Shown here piece by piece: positions 37,567 to 51,100 of a stretch of 64,000 nucleotides of DNA. The position numbers and the translations under genes are program-made. The notes beneath the pieces are model-generated. The model worked only from the letters and a program-made list of their open reading frames with translations, did not search any database and was not told the origin of the DNA. Origin of the DNA: Octopus sinensis. Taxonomy: Eukaryota. Numbering within the stretch: the stretch's first letter is position 1; every line of letters starts with the position of its first letter. The stretch is taken from positions 152,210,001 to 152,274,000 of the forward strand of contig NC_042998.1 in assembly GCF_006345805.1 (NCBI RefSeq). Direction: 5' to 3'.

Positions 37567-37699
37567 TATACGTTTAAATAAAGGTGCATATGATAGTCAT
37601 GAGTGGAATTCCTTGAAATATGTCTTCTCGATCACTGTTTATTTGTGGAAGAACATGATGGGACACATTAAGACACATTAGATAACGTAGGTTTAGGAT

Positions 37700-37930
37700 A
37701 CATTAAGCATGAATAAAATATGCAATGAATAAAATATGCAAGGACATCTTTAATCTGTTTAGTGATTCAGACAACAAGAAAACAGAATAGATATTAAAGA
37801 GATATAAACTCTAACTGACTAATTATCTACTTTGCAATATTCAAGACGGCAAAATCAACTTCAGCCTCCAAATCCATGGTTAGATACTAGATCAAATGTT
37901 AAAAACTTTTTGAAACAAAAACATATACAA
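37700..37930 (+). mobile_element. Possible GIY-YIG (PLE) endonuclease remnant
   Basis: Very degraded; resembles a T.LS.Y.W...I.W.ILD pattern only. Confidence 0.3.
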
Positions 37931-38525
37931 ACGACAATAAACAATAAACACTTTATGCAAAATATTTCCTAATTCTTCGTGAAATTGTCAAAGAACCCTA
38001 TAGAAGTACACTTTTAAGATTCTTTGACAACAAAGAAATATATTTGAAACAATAAAAACAAAACTATGCAAGAAATTGTAATAAATAAACGTTAAAAAAA
38101 TAAATAAAAATATGTAAATATCGGTCACTTCCTCTTTTCTTTTTACTTCTCTCCTTTCTTATCGTAGTCTCTTTTATTATCTCTTCTCTTTCTCTCTTTT
38201 CTTTTCTCTTCTCTTTCTCTTCTTTTTTCTTTTCCACTGTATTTCCCGCTTTCTCTCATCCTATTCTCTTTTTTCACTCTTACTCTCTTTCTTTCTCTCC
38301 CCTCTCTGTCTCCCTCTCTTTCCCTAAATGGGGAATTTCTTGTCCACCTCTGCTATATTTCAATGATTTCCATTACAAAAATGAAATACATTAAAATGAT
38401 TGAGAGATGGATATTAAAATTATATATATGTGGTTGTGTCTGTGGGGGAGCATGTGTGCGCGCGTGTTTTTTTGTCTTTATGTATACGTTTGTATGTATG
38501 TAAGTATGATGTATGAGTATATATA

Positions 38526-38758
38526 CAGGGTGATCAAATGGTGTCTCCGCGGTGAATTTCTTTCATCCTACGCATCACCATGGTGCTACTTCAAGAGTTT
38601 TTCAGTGAACGGATAAATTCGTAGGAACTTTGGTCACCAAGTTCACCTGATTTCACACCGCCAGACATTTTTTCTGGGGAGCAAGTAAAGAGCCAGTGTA
38701 CAAGAATCACCCGAAAACCATTAAATACTTACTACGGAGAGACTTTGTGAACACCTTG
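38526..38758 (+). mobile_element. Tc1/mariner internal-deletion derivative
   Basis: TA-cagggtgatcaaatggtgtctccg ... cggagagactttgtgaacaccttg TIR-like ends; SPSSPDFTPPDIF motif. Confidence 0.65.
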
Positions 38759-38782
38759 TCTGTATATGTATGTGTGTGTGTA

Positions 38783-39118
38783 GACACACGGCTCAGTGGT
38801 TGGGGCGTCAAGCTTACGATCGTGAGGTTGTAAGTTCGATTCCCGGACCGGGCTACGTGTTGTACTCTTGAGCAAAACACTTTATTTCACATTGCTCCAG
38901 TTCACACAGATGTAGAAATGAGTTGCGGCGACACTGGTGCGAAGCCCTTTCGGCATGTCTTTCTCTTGGATAACATCGGTGGCGTGGAGAGGAGAGGCTG
39001 GTATGCATGGGTGATTGCTGGTCTTCCATAAACAACATTTCCCTATCTTGTGCCTCGGAGGGTAACTTTCTGGGTGAAATCCCATGATCATTCATGACCG
39101 AAGGGAGTCACCCTTACC
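38783..39118 (+). mobile_element. tRNA-derived SINE with CORE-like domain
   Basis: A-box ggctcagtgg, B-box gttcgattcc; homologous to 13978-14280. Confidence 0.85.
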
Positions 39119-39139
39119 CTTTGTACATACATATATATA

Positions 39140-39342
39140 TGTGACCGCGTGTGTACCGTTGGCGATTTTTTTCTCTGTCTTCTCTTCTCTGGATCTTTCC
39201 TTTTCCTATGTTTCTGACGAAGAGCTCCGCTCGAAACGTAAAAACCCTCCTTCTTCCCTTCCTTCCTCGGCGTCCAATAATACTATATTTGTTCCACGTC
39301 CTCGCGTTGTTGTGTTTTCTCTTTGTGTTTTCATCTTTGGAT

Positions 39343-39347
<5 letters not shown>
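39140..39347 (+). mobile_element. Solo Penelope pseudo-LTR with minimal hammerhead at 39210-39245
   Basis: gttt-CTGACGA-a-gagc-tcc-gctc-GAAA-cg-TA-aaaac; same layout as the pLTRs at 51101 and 55225. Confidence 0.75.
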
Positions 39348-39382
<35 letters not shown>

Positions 39383-39384
<2 letters not shown>

Positions 39385-39800
39385 ATAAGGTAGAAAATGC
39401 TGATTTTATCAAGAAGAAAATTTCAGTACCGGATTCAGTCTTTGCGACTTTTTCAACTTAGAGTAAAGCATGAAAAACAATTAAATTGTACAAAAATTAA
39501 ATGAATTATTTTTTTTTAATATTTCCATAGTTTTCAAATGCAAGGGACATTTTCCTTTTTTCTGTCTGTTTCTGTCTCTCTTTTTTACTCTTGCGAGAGA
39601 CAGAGACAGACAGAAAAAAGGAAAATGTTCCTTACATTTGAAAACTATGGAAATATTTTTTTTTAAAAACGGTTCATTTAATTTTCCACGATTTAATTGT
39701 TTTTCTTGCTTTACTCTAAAGTTAAAAACGCCGCAAAGACTGAAACCGGTACTAAAATGTTCTTTATGATAAAAATATCTCAGCATTTTCTACTTTGTCT
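39383..39800. repeat. ~420-bp fold-back with ~200-bp arms, each with a variant hammerhead-like motif
   Basis: Arms are reverse complements; consensus TTGAAAA-agtc-gcaaa-gact-GAAA-ccgg-TA. Confidence 0.85.
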
Positions 39801-39809
39801 ACAACTTTC

Positions 39810-39853
<44 letters not shown>

Positions 39854-39857
39854 TGAG

Positions 39858-39925
<68 letters not shown>

Positions 39926-39928
39926 TGT

Positions 39929-41197
39929 TAAAGAGGACAACAAACGCTAAGGTAAGACAAACATCTCAAGTCATATACTTTATTATCAGAAAAGTTTAAA
40001 GTCTTACAGCTGTTTCTGGGATATCCCCCAAAAATATGGGATGCTCCTACATCGGAGACAAATAGGAAAAGCGTGAAGAGTATAGATTAAGGAAACGATG
40101 AAATAAAGTACTGGAGAAAAAGAATGAGGAAACAGAAGCATAAACATTCATAGTTCAACTTTCCGATGGTGTAGATGTTAGTCTATAAGTCCTTTAGTGC
40201 AACCCTATGTAAATCTATGTATGGTTATAGCCTTCATAGTGTAAATATCCAGAGATAAATGCGAACATATCGATGTTTACTAAGAGAATGGTTGCAGAAA
40301 TGGCTACTGAGGGTTAAAGAGAAAGAAAAATAAATAGAACGAGAGAAAGGTATTGGTAGGGAAGCTGAAGGTACAGAGAATGGAGGAGGAATGTAAGGAT
40401 TGGTATGAAGGATAAAATAAGGTATACAGAAATTTAATGTACAAAAATAAACAAGAGGATAAATGAATATATAAGGGTAAATACGAAGAGAGGATGAGGA
40501 GGTAAAGGAAGATAGCGTAACGAATACAAAATAAAGTAAAATGAAAGGGATCCAATGGAGTAGCAGATGCTAGAGCTGTTCTAGTTTGTAGGGAGTTGGG
40601 GTAGGAAGCCAAGTAGTAAATGTTTGTGTCCGTTTTATGGCTAAGGTCAGTGGCTATAGAAATATTTCTAGCTAAGGCGGGTATGAGTGTGAAATTAACA
40701 GTTATCATCTAAGGTACTAAGGTACTAAGGTTGATGGAAAAGATATACAAGGGTATATAATTACAACTATGGAGTTATGTATGTGAATATTATGTGCGGG
40801 AGGCAAGTTTACACTTGGATTTATGGAAGAATTTAAAAGCGCGGAAGAATTTGTTTACACCTTATGAAGGCTTCGTTGTGTTTACTGAGTAATTGTAGTG
40901 AGTTATGGGTTAAAAGTTTGGGGGCTTCTTTTAAGAAGAGTCCACAAGTGGAGCGCTGGCCCTGATGTGGGATGCCAGAATTTATTATAGCCCAAGATAA
41001 CTTATATTGTATTTTTTATTAATTAGATGGTGTACATACTGTGGAATTGCTACGTAACTGGCTAATGATGTGGAATTCCAGATTATCACATATATTGGGA
41101 TATCCCAGAAACAGCTGTAAGACTAAATCTTTCTAATAATAATAACGTATATGACTTGAGATGTTTGTCTTACCTTAGCGTTTGTTGTTCTCTTTAT
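39929..41197 (-). mobile_element. PLE-like remnant bounded by ~100-bp inverted pseudo-LTR arms
   Basis: 39929-40030 is inverted to 41096-41197; both contain GAAA-cagctg-TA-agac; minus copy 40001-40059 has a degenerate CCGATG core. Confidence 0.7.
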
Positions 41198-41338
41198 TAA
41201 ATATCCGCTGTATCGGAAGTCTACAATGGTTCCATAACTCCCGTCTCAGCTATAAGCTTGGGGCACTGGTAATCTGTTACAGCACTCCCTCAGCGTACCA
41301 AGTCGTTTAGATTACTTGTGAACTAAACGCCCATAGTT

Positions 41339-41387
<49 letters not shown>

Positions 41388-42080
41388 TCAACAAACACTC
41401 AGGAATTCTGAGATAGATCCAGCGACAATTGGGTAAATACTGAGAACGATGTCAGGTAGCCATAGGTAGTGAACGTGCTTCATCTGCTTGCTACCAGGAA
41501 CATACCCAATACATAAATAATCACTTATATATATATATATTTGAAGTTCTAATAGCCTTTTCTGAGATAGCCCAAATGGTTGAGTAGCATGTCCGTGCAC
41601 TTGTCTCATCAGAGACAATGTATGAATATTTTAGACGGGGAACATTTATAGTTTACGTGGTATATAATTCACAGTTTATAAGGAATAAAATAGAAGAATA
41701 AAGTGTTAAAATGGAAGAATAAAGTAGTAAAATAGAAAAATAAAGCGTAAAAGTAGTCAGAAGAATATAGGCAGGAGAATAATATTCACAACTCATCTTT
41801 TTGCAGAGGATATGGATGTTGGTCGGTACTTGCATGAGGGTAGAGTTTTTAGTTAGAATCCCAGGCAAATCCAGGCAGTATTTTGGTAGTATTCTGAATG
41901 ATGTATTCATATTGTAAACGTGTATATAAAGCGAGAAATATATATATACATCCAGATAGACAATACAAAAAAACAAGGACGGGTCATTCGAAGCCTTTTA
42001 TCCACAGTCAAGAACCGGATCATCCTCGCAAGTTCGGCTGATTAATCTTGAGACTGCTCCAATCTGGCCAGCCCCAAAAC

Positions 42081-42173
<93 letters not shown>

Positions 42174-42824
42174 TATTAGACTTACCAACCAAGTAGATGT
42201 TACGCAGGGGAGGTCTAATAAGACAGGAACATTCTCGTTATTTTCAACAGTTGATCTTAAAGACCATGTCATCTACAATGGGCACTTTTGTCAACTGGTC
42301 TTAATAAAATTATGGAACTTCGTTTGTTGTTTTTATATTGAAAATAACTCTATAGGGAATTTTGTCTACAAATTACTTGGACAAATTATAGAAGTCACTC
42401 TAACATACACTTCTGAGACAATCCCACGACCATATTTGTGACAACAATTTGAATATTAATACGATCAACGCAAGTGAAGTCAGCGGCAGCTCTACCAAAC
42501 CAATTAACGGCAGCACTTTCCACGACACCAACACCACTGCCATTACATCTACAGCTGGAATGTCAAACTGTTGGCCCCGTCCCATTCAAAATGACGTCGA
42601 GCAAATGGCAGGAATTATTAGTTATGTCAATGTCTCAAAGACGCGGGGTTGGGACGGTACATAATAAACAAAAACAAAACCACTGTCTTTAACATCACCA
42701 ACACCATGATAACGCCACATCTACCATCACCACCACCTTCATCAGTGATGTTACCACTAACACCGTCACCACCACCATCACCACCAGCACTACGATCAGT
42801 AAGAGAAAATATATTCTCTAATAG

Positions 42825-43205
42825 TTACACTGAAATGTGGAGGTTACGGCAGCGGACTCGCGGTTGTAGAGTCGCGGTTTCGATTCCTAGATCGGGCGTT
42901 GTGAGTGTTTGTTAAGCGAAAGCACTTAAAGCTCCACAAGGTTTCGGCAGTGGGGGGGGGGCGAACCCTGTTGTACTCTTTCATCACAACTTTCTCTCAC
43001 TCCTTCTTCCTGTTTTTATTGAACCTGTATTTCAAAGGGCCAGCCTTGCCACACGCTGTGTCATGTTGAATCTCCCCGAGAACTACGTTAAGGATACACG
43101 TGTCTGTGGAGTACACAGCCACTTACACGTTAATTTCACGAGCAGGCTGTTCCGTTGATCGGATCAACTGGAACCCTAGTCATCGTAACCGACGGAGAGT
43201 CACGG
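42825..43205 (+). mobile_element. tRNA-derived SINE (third family)
   Basis: B-box-like gtttcgattcc, internal conserved-looking block and tail gatcggatcaactggaaccc..cgtaaccgacggag; family recognised from memory. Confidence 0.65.
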
Positions 43206-44199
43206 CATTGAAATAAAACTACTTGAAGGTCATTTACAGAACGTCATTAATCATAGCGAGATGCTGGATCAGAAGTAAGCTGGGGTTAAATAAAAAAAAA
43301 CATCATCACCCTCACCACTCCTCAACGCTATCATTAACAACAACAACAACAGCAACCAATACAGGCAACTACCGCTATCAACATAATATGAACAATAAAA
43401 GAAAGGTTTTTGATCGTAGGTGTGTGTGTGTCTATGTGTGTGTGGGGGACGTTGTATGTGTGTGAGTGTGTGTATGTATATGAGCTTGGTGTATGTATGA
43501 GTGGGTATGTATGTGTGTGTTGTGAGTATGTACATGTGTGAGTGTATGTAAACGTATGTGTATTTGAATGTTGTGTGTATGTGTGTATATCTATGCTTGT
43601 GTGTGAATGTGCACATATATGTGTATATGAGTGTGTGTATGTGCGTGAGTGTTGTATGCGTGTTTTCATTCAAGACTGACCTGGGGTTGACTACTACTAT
43701 TACTACTACTACTACTACTACTATTACCCTATAACCATGACCACTACCTCAACAACAACCTTGGGTAAATGAAATTCAATAACAGCATCACCACCACCAC
43801 CACCACTACCGCTACTTCTATCTACAACAATAACAACAAGCTGAGTTCAAAAATGAACGACAACAACAATAACAAAACCAAAAGGTACCAATTTTCGATG
43901 AAACTAGACGAGTCCAACAACAGTAGCCCTGGTCTACAACAATAAACTAATTTAATTTATTGGAACTAGACAACACCATTACCATCCCCACGCAATCTGC
44001 TCTACAATCTACTACTGCTACGACAATAACAAGCTTAGTTCAATGAAGTTAAGCTAATTCCTACACCTCCTCCCACTCTCTCACCCTCTTACTTCCTCTC
44101 TCTAACATTCCAATTTCCCTCTCCTTTTCTTTTTCATTCTCCTCACCCTCACCGACTGAGTATTTATCTATTTATCTAGACAAACAGACGGACAGATAG

Positions 44200-44315
<116 letters not shown>

Positions 44316-47300
44316 GCAGACAAATGATAGAGAAATAAACATTTATATATTTATATATATATTGTTATATATCGATTTTTCTATTTGTATGTCTATCCTT
44401 TTTCTATCTGTCTAATTGTTTGTCTATCTGTTTAGATACCTGTGCTTGTCTATCTTTCTATTATCTATCTGTCTCTCTCTGTCTATCTGTTTATCCTCTA
44501 TCACTCTATCTAAAAACCTCAACAGCCAAGAACCGTAAAACTCGCAAGACGCATGACCATGACGTCCCGGCTTGTCTGTTTGAAATTCCTACCACCCTTC
44601 CCACCTTCTCCACCCCTGCCACTACTGCCACCTCTGCCCAAAGAGCAGCAAACCAGTAACAACCTGAATAACATGTACACAAATACACACACGCTCACAC
44701 ACAAACACACACACATGCATGCACAGAAATACACACACGAACACATGCACACACACACAAACACACGCACACACACACACTTACACACACTAATAACAAC
44801 CACAACAAATACGTCAACATTTTAAACTCCAAACCAACGATATTTTATTTTTGTTTATTTTCATTTTTAATCTTCTTTATACTCATATTTATTAGTATTT
44901 ATTTCACTTTTTTAGTAAAGGCGGGAGGACCTTTCATGTTCACTTTTTTTTGTTTTATAGTTTTTATACTTTATTATGTTGGTTACTTTTGGTTTCGCTT
45001 TCTTTTTTCAGATTTCTCTTTTTTTCGTTATTCTTCATTCATTTTCATTTGTTTTTGTTTTCTTTCATTTCATTCCTTTTTTTTCTTTCTCTTCTACTTT
45101 TTTTTTTTTTTGCTTTCATTTTTACTTGTTTTGACTTTCCGTTTCTATGACAACACAAACTTGACATCCGGCCTGTCATGTCATGGAAGCACATCAATAA
45201 ACCACCCAGCGTTTTATTTCTACCACCCTCACCCCTCACCTCCCACCACTCCTCTACTCATCCTTTCTTCTTTCCTTGGGTTTTTCGTCTTTTGTTCTTT
45301 TTACAGCATTTCTTTTTGTTTTTAACTATTTTTAATCATCATTATCATCATCGCCATTTTTTTGACATCATATCCTTCATCATCATCATCATCATTTCCA
45401 ACACCACAATCACCATCATCATCATCACCCACCTCCCAAACCAGTATTTCACATCATCACCGTCATCATCGCCATTATTGTCGACATTATCGTCATTATC
45501 TTTAACGTCATCGCCATCATAGTTTTTGTCGTCTTCGACCTTTTATCTATCTGATGCCTTCTGTACTGATAACAACAACGTAAATACCGACGCCCAACAG
45601 CAATATTACCCCCACCGCAACAACAATAATCACCATAACGAACATCAGCAGCAGTAGTCCCATCATCAACACAACAAAAATAATTACAACCATCCCCACC
45701 ACCACCACTATCATCATCATCACCATAACAACTACCACAAACACCACCAACATAACATCAACTACTACTACCACTAGCAGCCACTGCCATCACTGCTCTG
45801 ATAACGACCAACGAACGTTCTTCTATTTGAGAGAAATGGCAGCTAAATAAACTTCAGATCACATAGTATAATAATATAGGACGGCCATATTTTTTTCTTT
45901 TTAATTAGTCAGGCGATGGTGCAGTGCCCGTCATGTCTAACTGGAGGGTCTCCGAAATAGATGGGTTGGAATGTGGGAGGAATCCTTGTAACAAAGTGGA
46001 GTCTGTAAAAGACACCCGAGGGTTAACCCGAGTAAAGGAATGTCTTTGAATCATTGGTATATTCAGTCAAAGCTGAGCTGGGGTGGAGACTATGCAACAA
46101 CAACAACAACCACAACAGAAACTGATATAGTCACCACTAAATACAAGAAACCATTAGTCAACAATTCAGACATTAACACGAACTCAACATCCAATATGGT
46201 TGCTATTTGTCCTGTAAATTTCTTCTTTTCTCTTACATTCTATTCTCCTCTTATATTCTCTCCTGATCTATTCTATTTTATTCCGCTCGGCCTTATTCCG
46301 TTTTATTCTGTTCTCTACCATTCTATTCTATTATTTTCAGTTCCATTTCACTCAATTCGGTTTTATTTTATTCTTATCTATTCCATCCTTTTCTGTTATA
46401 TTCTATTCTGTACTATTCTCTTTCTATTCTATCCTATATTCTCTTTTGCGTTCTGTTCAACAACTGTACGCAATAGGCACCAAGCCGCACATTTAGGGTG
46501 GTACGTAGAACGTAGACAGTAAATTAAATCTACCTACAGTACATGACAGCTACTCAACATGCTAAACTCAGAGCGTTCAGAGATGAACAGGAATACTACG
46601 AATTATTTATTCAGACACCCTGACGACTCCGCCAATTCACTCATGCCATCACCAACAATATATTTAAAACTATTAGCATAAAGGTACAATTTACACAATT
46701 ATGGAGAGTTTGAACATGATACTCGCACACAAGTAAATCAATACATTATCTACTTAACTATGAGTAAGACAAGTCACAGAGATGTTGCTGACTGTGTCAT
46801 AAGACATGTCACAGTGGTATGCCTGACTGATTAGGTCAAGATTTCTGCCTTTACACTCACTTTTATTACTATCGTTCCTGAATGAATCGAGCGAAAACAA
46901 TTGAAACACCACCCAAACTGCCACCAATACGATTAACAGCACCACCACTGCCACCAAAGCTACCACGAGCACCATTACAACTAATACCTTTACTACCAAC
47001 CAATATCACTACAACCAACATCACTACCTCCAAAAACACCACTACTTCCACCAACAGTAACATGGCTACATTCAACCCCATCCACTACTTCTACCACCAC
47101 CAACAGCACTTTCATCAACACTACTATCATCAACACTACAACCACTATAATCAATACCACCAACACCACCAATACTAACACCTACAACACCACGCCATCC
47201 TCCCTCCCATTCCATTTGTTTATTTATCTTCAGCAAATCTTTTAGGCAAAGATGAATTCCAATTGAAGCCGCCTCCGCCTACACCTTCTAACCATTTTCC

Positions 47301-47719
47301 TCTGCCTCAAATTTCCTCCTCACCCAACATCACTACTCCCCATCTCTCTCTTTTTCTCTCTATACACTTCCCACCATATTCCAAATTGCTTTTTATCTTT
47401 TTCCTTATCTGTTTGCTGAGTTTTATATTTTTTTGTCGGTTATCTTTGTTTGGCGATATTGTTGTTGTTGTTATCATTATTACTGCTGTTATTGTTGTTG
47501 TTTTTGGTTTGTTTGGTGGTTTCTTATTTATTTAAAATTCAGTTTTTTTATTTATGTTTACTTTTTGCAGTATGTTATTTTTACTACATATATTTTCATG
47601 TCTGTCTTGTATTCCACTCCACCACCCATCCCCAACCAGCCCTCCCCCACCACCACGCCCAATCTCCAATATATCTTAGTTTGCTCTTCTGTGTTATCTA
47701 CGTGATTCATAAATACACA

Positions 47720-47737
47720 CACACATATATATACATA

Positions 47738-47781
<44 letters not shown>

Positions 47782-47790
47782 TAGATATAC

Positions 47791-47827
<37 letters not shown>

Positions 47828-47854
47828 GGTATTTATTTATATATATATGTATGC

Positions 47855-47902
<48 letters not shown>

Positions 47903-48175
47903 ATGTGTGTATGCATATCTGTAATGCTTTTTCAACATTTCGTTGCCTTTCCTAACGTATTACAATACATACATCCATATATACATATATATATATGATA
48001 TATAATATGTATATATATTATATATATATGCATATATATATATATATATATATAAATATACATACATACATACATACGTACATACATATATATATATACA
48101 TACATACATATATATACATACATACATATATATATACATACATACATATATATACATACATACATATATATATAC

Positions 48176-48257
<82 letters not shown>

Positions 48258-48290
48258 ATATATATGTATGTATGTATATATATATTGTAT
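47720..48290. repeat. Long compound (TA)n/(TACA)n low-complexity tract
   Basis: Direct sequence; source of YI/IH-rich spurious ORFs. Confidence 0.95.
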
Positions 48291-48529
48291 TTCGTCCTTC
48301 TCTCTTTCTAATATCTTTTTCTTTATTCTTACACGATTTTTCATCTATATATTGTTTCATGTTTTATATATGTTTATATGTTGCGTTTCATAAGTTTCTA
48401 TATTTAATTTTATATTTTGTTGATTGTGTTTTTGATATATTTCTAATTATTTTTTTCACATTTTAAACACACACACGCAGACCTATACACACTCACATTC
48501 ACACATACATACATACATACATACGTACG

Positions 48530-48563
<34 letters not shown>

Positions 48564-48689
48564 CATACATACATATACGCACATACACACTATGTGTGTG
48601 TAGATGTGTGTGTGTATGTAGTTCCAAACAAATATATATGTGTGCGCATGTGTAATCCGTGGTTCACTGCATATTTCTTCTATGTCATC

Positions 48690-48733
<44 letters not shown>

Positions 48734-48759
48734 CATACATACATACATACATACATACA

Positions 48760-48792
<33 letters not shown>

Positions 48793-48940
48793 GTATAGAT
48801 ATAGATATATACATACATACACACACTCATATATATTCATGTATGTATGTATCTGTATGTATGTTTGTATGTATGTATGAATATATGTATGCATGTACGT
48901 ATGTATATATGTATGTGCGTGTATGTATGTACATAGATGT

Positions 48941-49067
48941 ACATATAACAAAAATATAGAAATGATATACGGAGCTCATATATAAAAAGTCATCTTATAC
49001 GTATATAGGATAACTTTTTTTTATATATGAGCTATGTATATTCATTTCTATATTTTTGTTTATATGT
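48941..49067. repeat. 127-bp AT-rich hairpin
   Basis: acatataacaaaaatatagaaatga..gagctcatatataaaaagt is inverted to actttttttatatatgagc..tcatttctatatttttgtttatatgt. Confidence 0.8.
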
Positions 49068-49218
49068 TGCCGTATTTTTCTAATATATTTCAGTTTACCT
49101 TTCCAGATATTTTCTATATGAGTTTTTCTATACCTGTTTATATTTTATACTTGTATTCCATTCTTTAATATAAATTTTAGTTTAATTTTTCAATATTTTA
49201 TGTTAGTGAAGGTTTTTC

Positions 49219-49278
<60 letters not shown>

Positions 49279-49691
49279 GTGTATGAGTATATTTGTGTGT
49301 ATTCTAGTTGTTGTTTTTCGTAAATTATATTTCTTTGCCTTTTAATATAATTTACTTTGTTTATTATTTTTATTGTTTTATGTTCAGGTCTTTCATGTTA
49401 TAAATATTATTATTAATATTATTATTTGTTGTTTTTGTTGCCGTTGTTCATCATATCCCAATCTGTGAAGTAACCCTAGAATCATAAAGACGCAATACAT
49501 ACTTTTACGTACGCCGAGATACACACAAATACATCCACAAATACGCATGCGTACATAAATTTCCATATACTTTTTTTACATTTTTAAGTTTTTAATCATT
49601 CTGGCATTCACTTTGTCTTCTTCTCGGCCAATATGTATACATGCATGTATATACTTTTTTATAGACTTATGCATATGCATATATACATACA

Positions 49692-50086
49692 TCTTTTACT
49701 CTTTTACTTGTTTCAGTCATTTGACTGCGGCCATGCTGGAGCACCGCCTTTAGTCGAACAAATCGATCCCGGGACTTATTCTTTGTAAGCCCAGTACTTA
49801 TTCTATCGGTCTCTTTTTGCCGAACCGCTAAGTGACGGGGACGTAAACACACCAGCATCGGTTGTCAAGCAATGCTAGGGGGACAAACACAGACACACAA
49901 ACACACACAAACATACATATATACGACGGGCTTCTTTCAGTTTCCGTCTACCAAATCCACTCACAAGGCATTGGTTGGCCCGGGGCTATAGCAGAAGACA
50001 CTTGCCCAAGATGCCACGCAGTGGGACTGAACCCGGAGCCATGTGGTTGGTTAGCAAGCTACTTACCTCACAGCCACTCCTGCGCC
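49692..50086 (-). mobile_element. Full-length octopus-type tRNA-derived SINE
   Basis: Minus head ggcgcaggagtggctgtg..ccgggttcagtccc, central (TA/CA)n, tail gctccagcatggccgcagtcaaatgactgaaacaagtaaaagag. Confidence 0.9.
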
Positions 50087-50104
50087 TATATATTAACCTT
50101 TTTC

Positions 50105-50300
50105 TTCTATCTTTTACTTGCTTCAGTCAATCTACTGCAGCAATGCTGGACACTACCTTGAAGATTATTTCAAAGTCGGATGAATTAACCCCAATACTTT
50201 TCTTTTTAAGTTTGGTACTCTCTCAAATCGCTAAGTTACCGTGACGTAACTACACTGACACTGGTTGTCCAGTCGTAGTGGGGAAACAAACACAGACCAA
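50105..50300 (-). mobile_element. Older degraded SINE 3' half
   Basis: cttttacttgcttcagtc..cgctaagttac..aaacacagac, similar to 49692-49900. Confidence 0.6.
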
Positions 50301-50330
50301 AGACACACACACACATAGATATTTATATAA

Positions 50331-50366
<36 letters not shown>

Positions 50367-50368
<2 letters not shown>

Positions 50369-50645
50369 TCTTAACTATATTAGAGGGTACGCAAAGCACT
50401 TCAACTTAACCACTAATCTTACTGAAAATATGAAACGGACCAACAGAAATCAGAAAAAGGAGTGTAATTTAACATATTCTCTCAGCTAAGAAGCCATAGG
50501 ATAAGGTAACAGATTTCCCTGGATCATGATTTCGAATTCTAGCTTAAGCCTTAATTCTCCTCACCAAGTCTCGGGTACTTAAAATGAAAATTCCATGTCA
50601 CCTTCTTGTAATCCGTTACGTGCCAAATTGAAGACAATTTCAGCG
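50367..50645 (-). mobile_element. Hammerhead-bearing repeat (HHR 50518-50568, C3 mutated to G)
   Basis: Minus: cttg-GTGAGGA-gaatt..aattc-GAAA-tcatga-TC-cagg; homologous to 55470-55723. Confidence 0.75.
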
Positions 50646-50646
50646 C

Positions 50647-50705
<59 letters not shown>

Positions 50706-50707
<2 letters not shown>

Positions 50708-50893
50708 TCTTTTTCTTGTTTCAGTCATTTGACTGCGGCCATGCTGGAGCACCGTTTTTAGTCGAGCAAATCGACCCCAAGACTTATTCTTTGTAAGCCC
50801 AGTACTTATTCTATCAGTCTCTTTTGCCGAACCGCTAAGTGACGGGGACATAAACACACCAGCATCGGTTGTCAAGCAATGCAAGGGGGACAA

Positions 50894-50938
<45 letters not shown>

Positions 50939-51082
50939 TACGACAGGCTTCTTTCAGTTTCCGTCATTGGTCGGTCTGGGGCTATAGCAAAAGACACCTG
51001 CCCAAGATGTCACGCAGTGGGACTGAACCCGGAACCATGTGGTTGGTTAGCAAGCTACTTACCACACAGCCGCTCCTGCGCC
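50706..51082 (-). mobile_element. Full-length SINE, same family as 49692-50086
   Basis: Highly similar sequence with a small internal deletion. Confidence 0.9.
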
Positions 51083-51100
51083 TATGTATATATATATATA

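Noticed and set aside
38783-38860. tRNA genes at SINE heads (also 42830, 50010-50086, 51010-51082)
   Set aside because: A/B boxes are present but there is no complete cloverleaf, and each continues into a SINE body.
41544-41620. Hammerhead-like CTGATGA..GAAA on minus (also 56420-56490, 13480-13540, 42240-42280)
   Set aside because: Core or helices have several mismatches; cannot be distinguished from chance without a family alignment.
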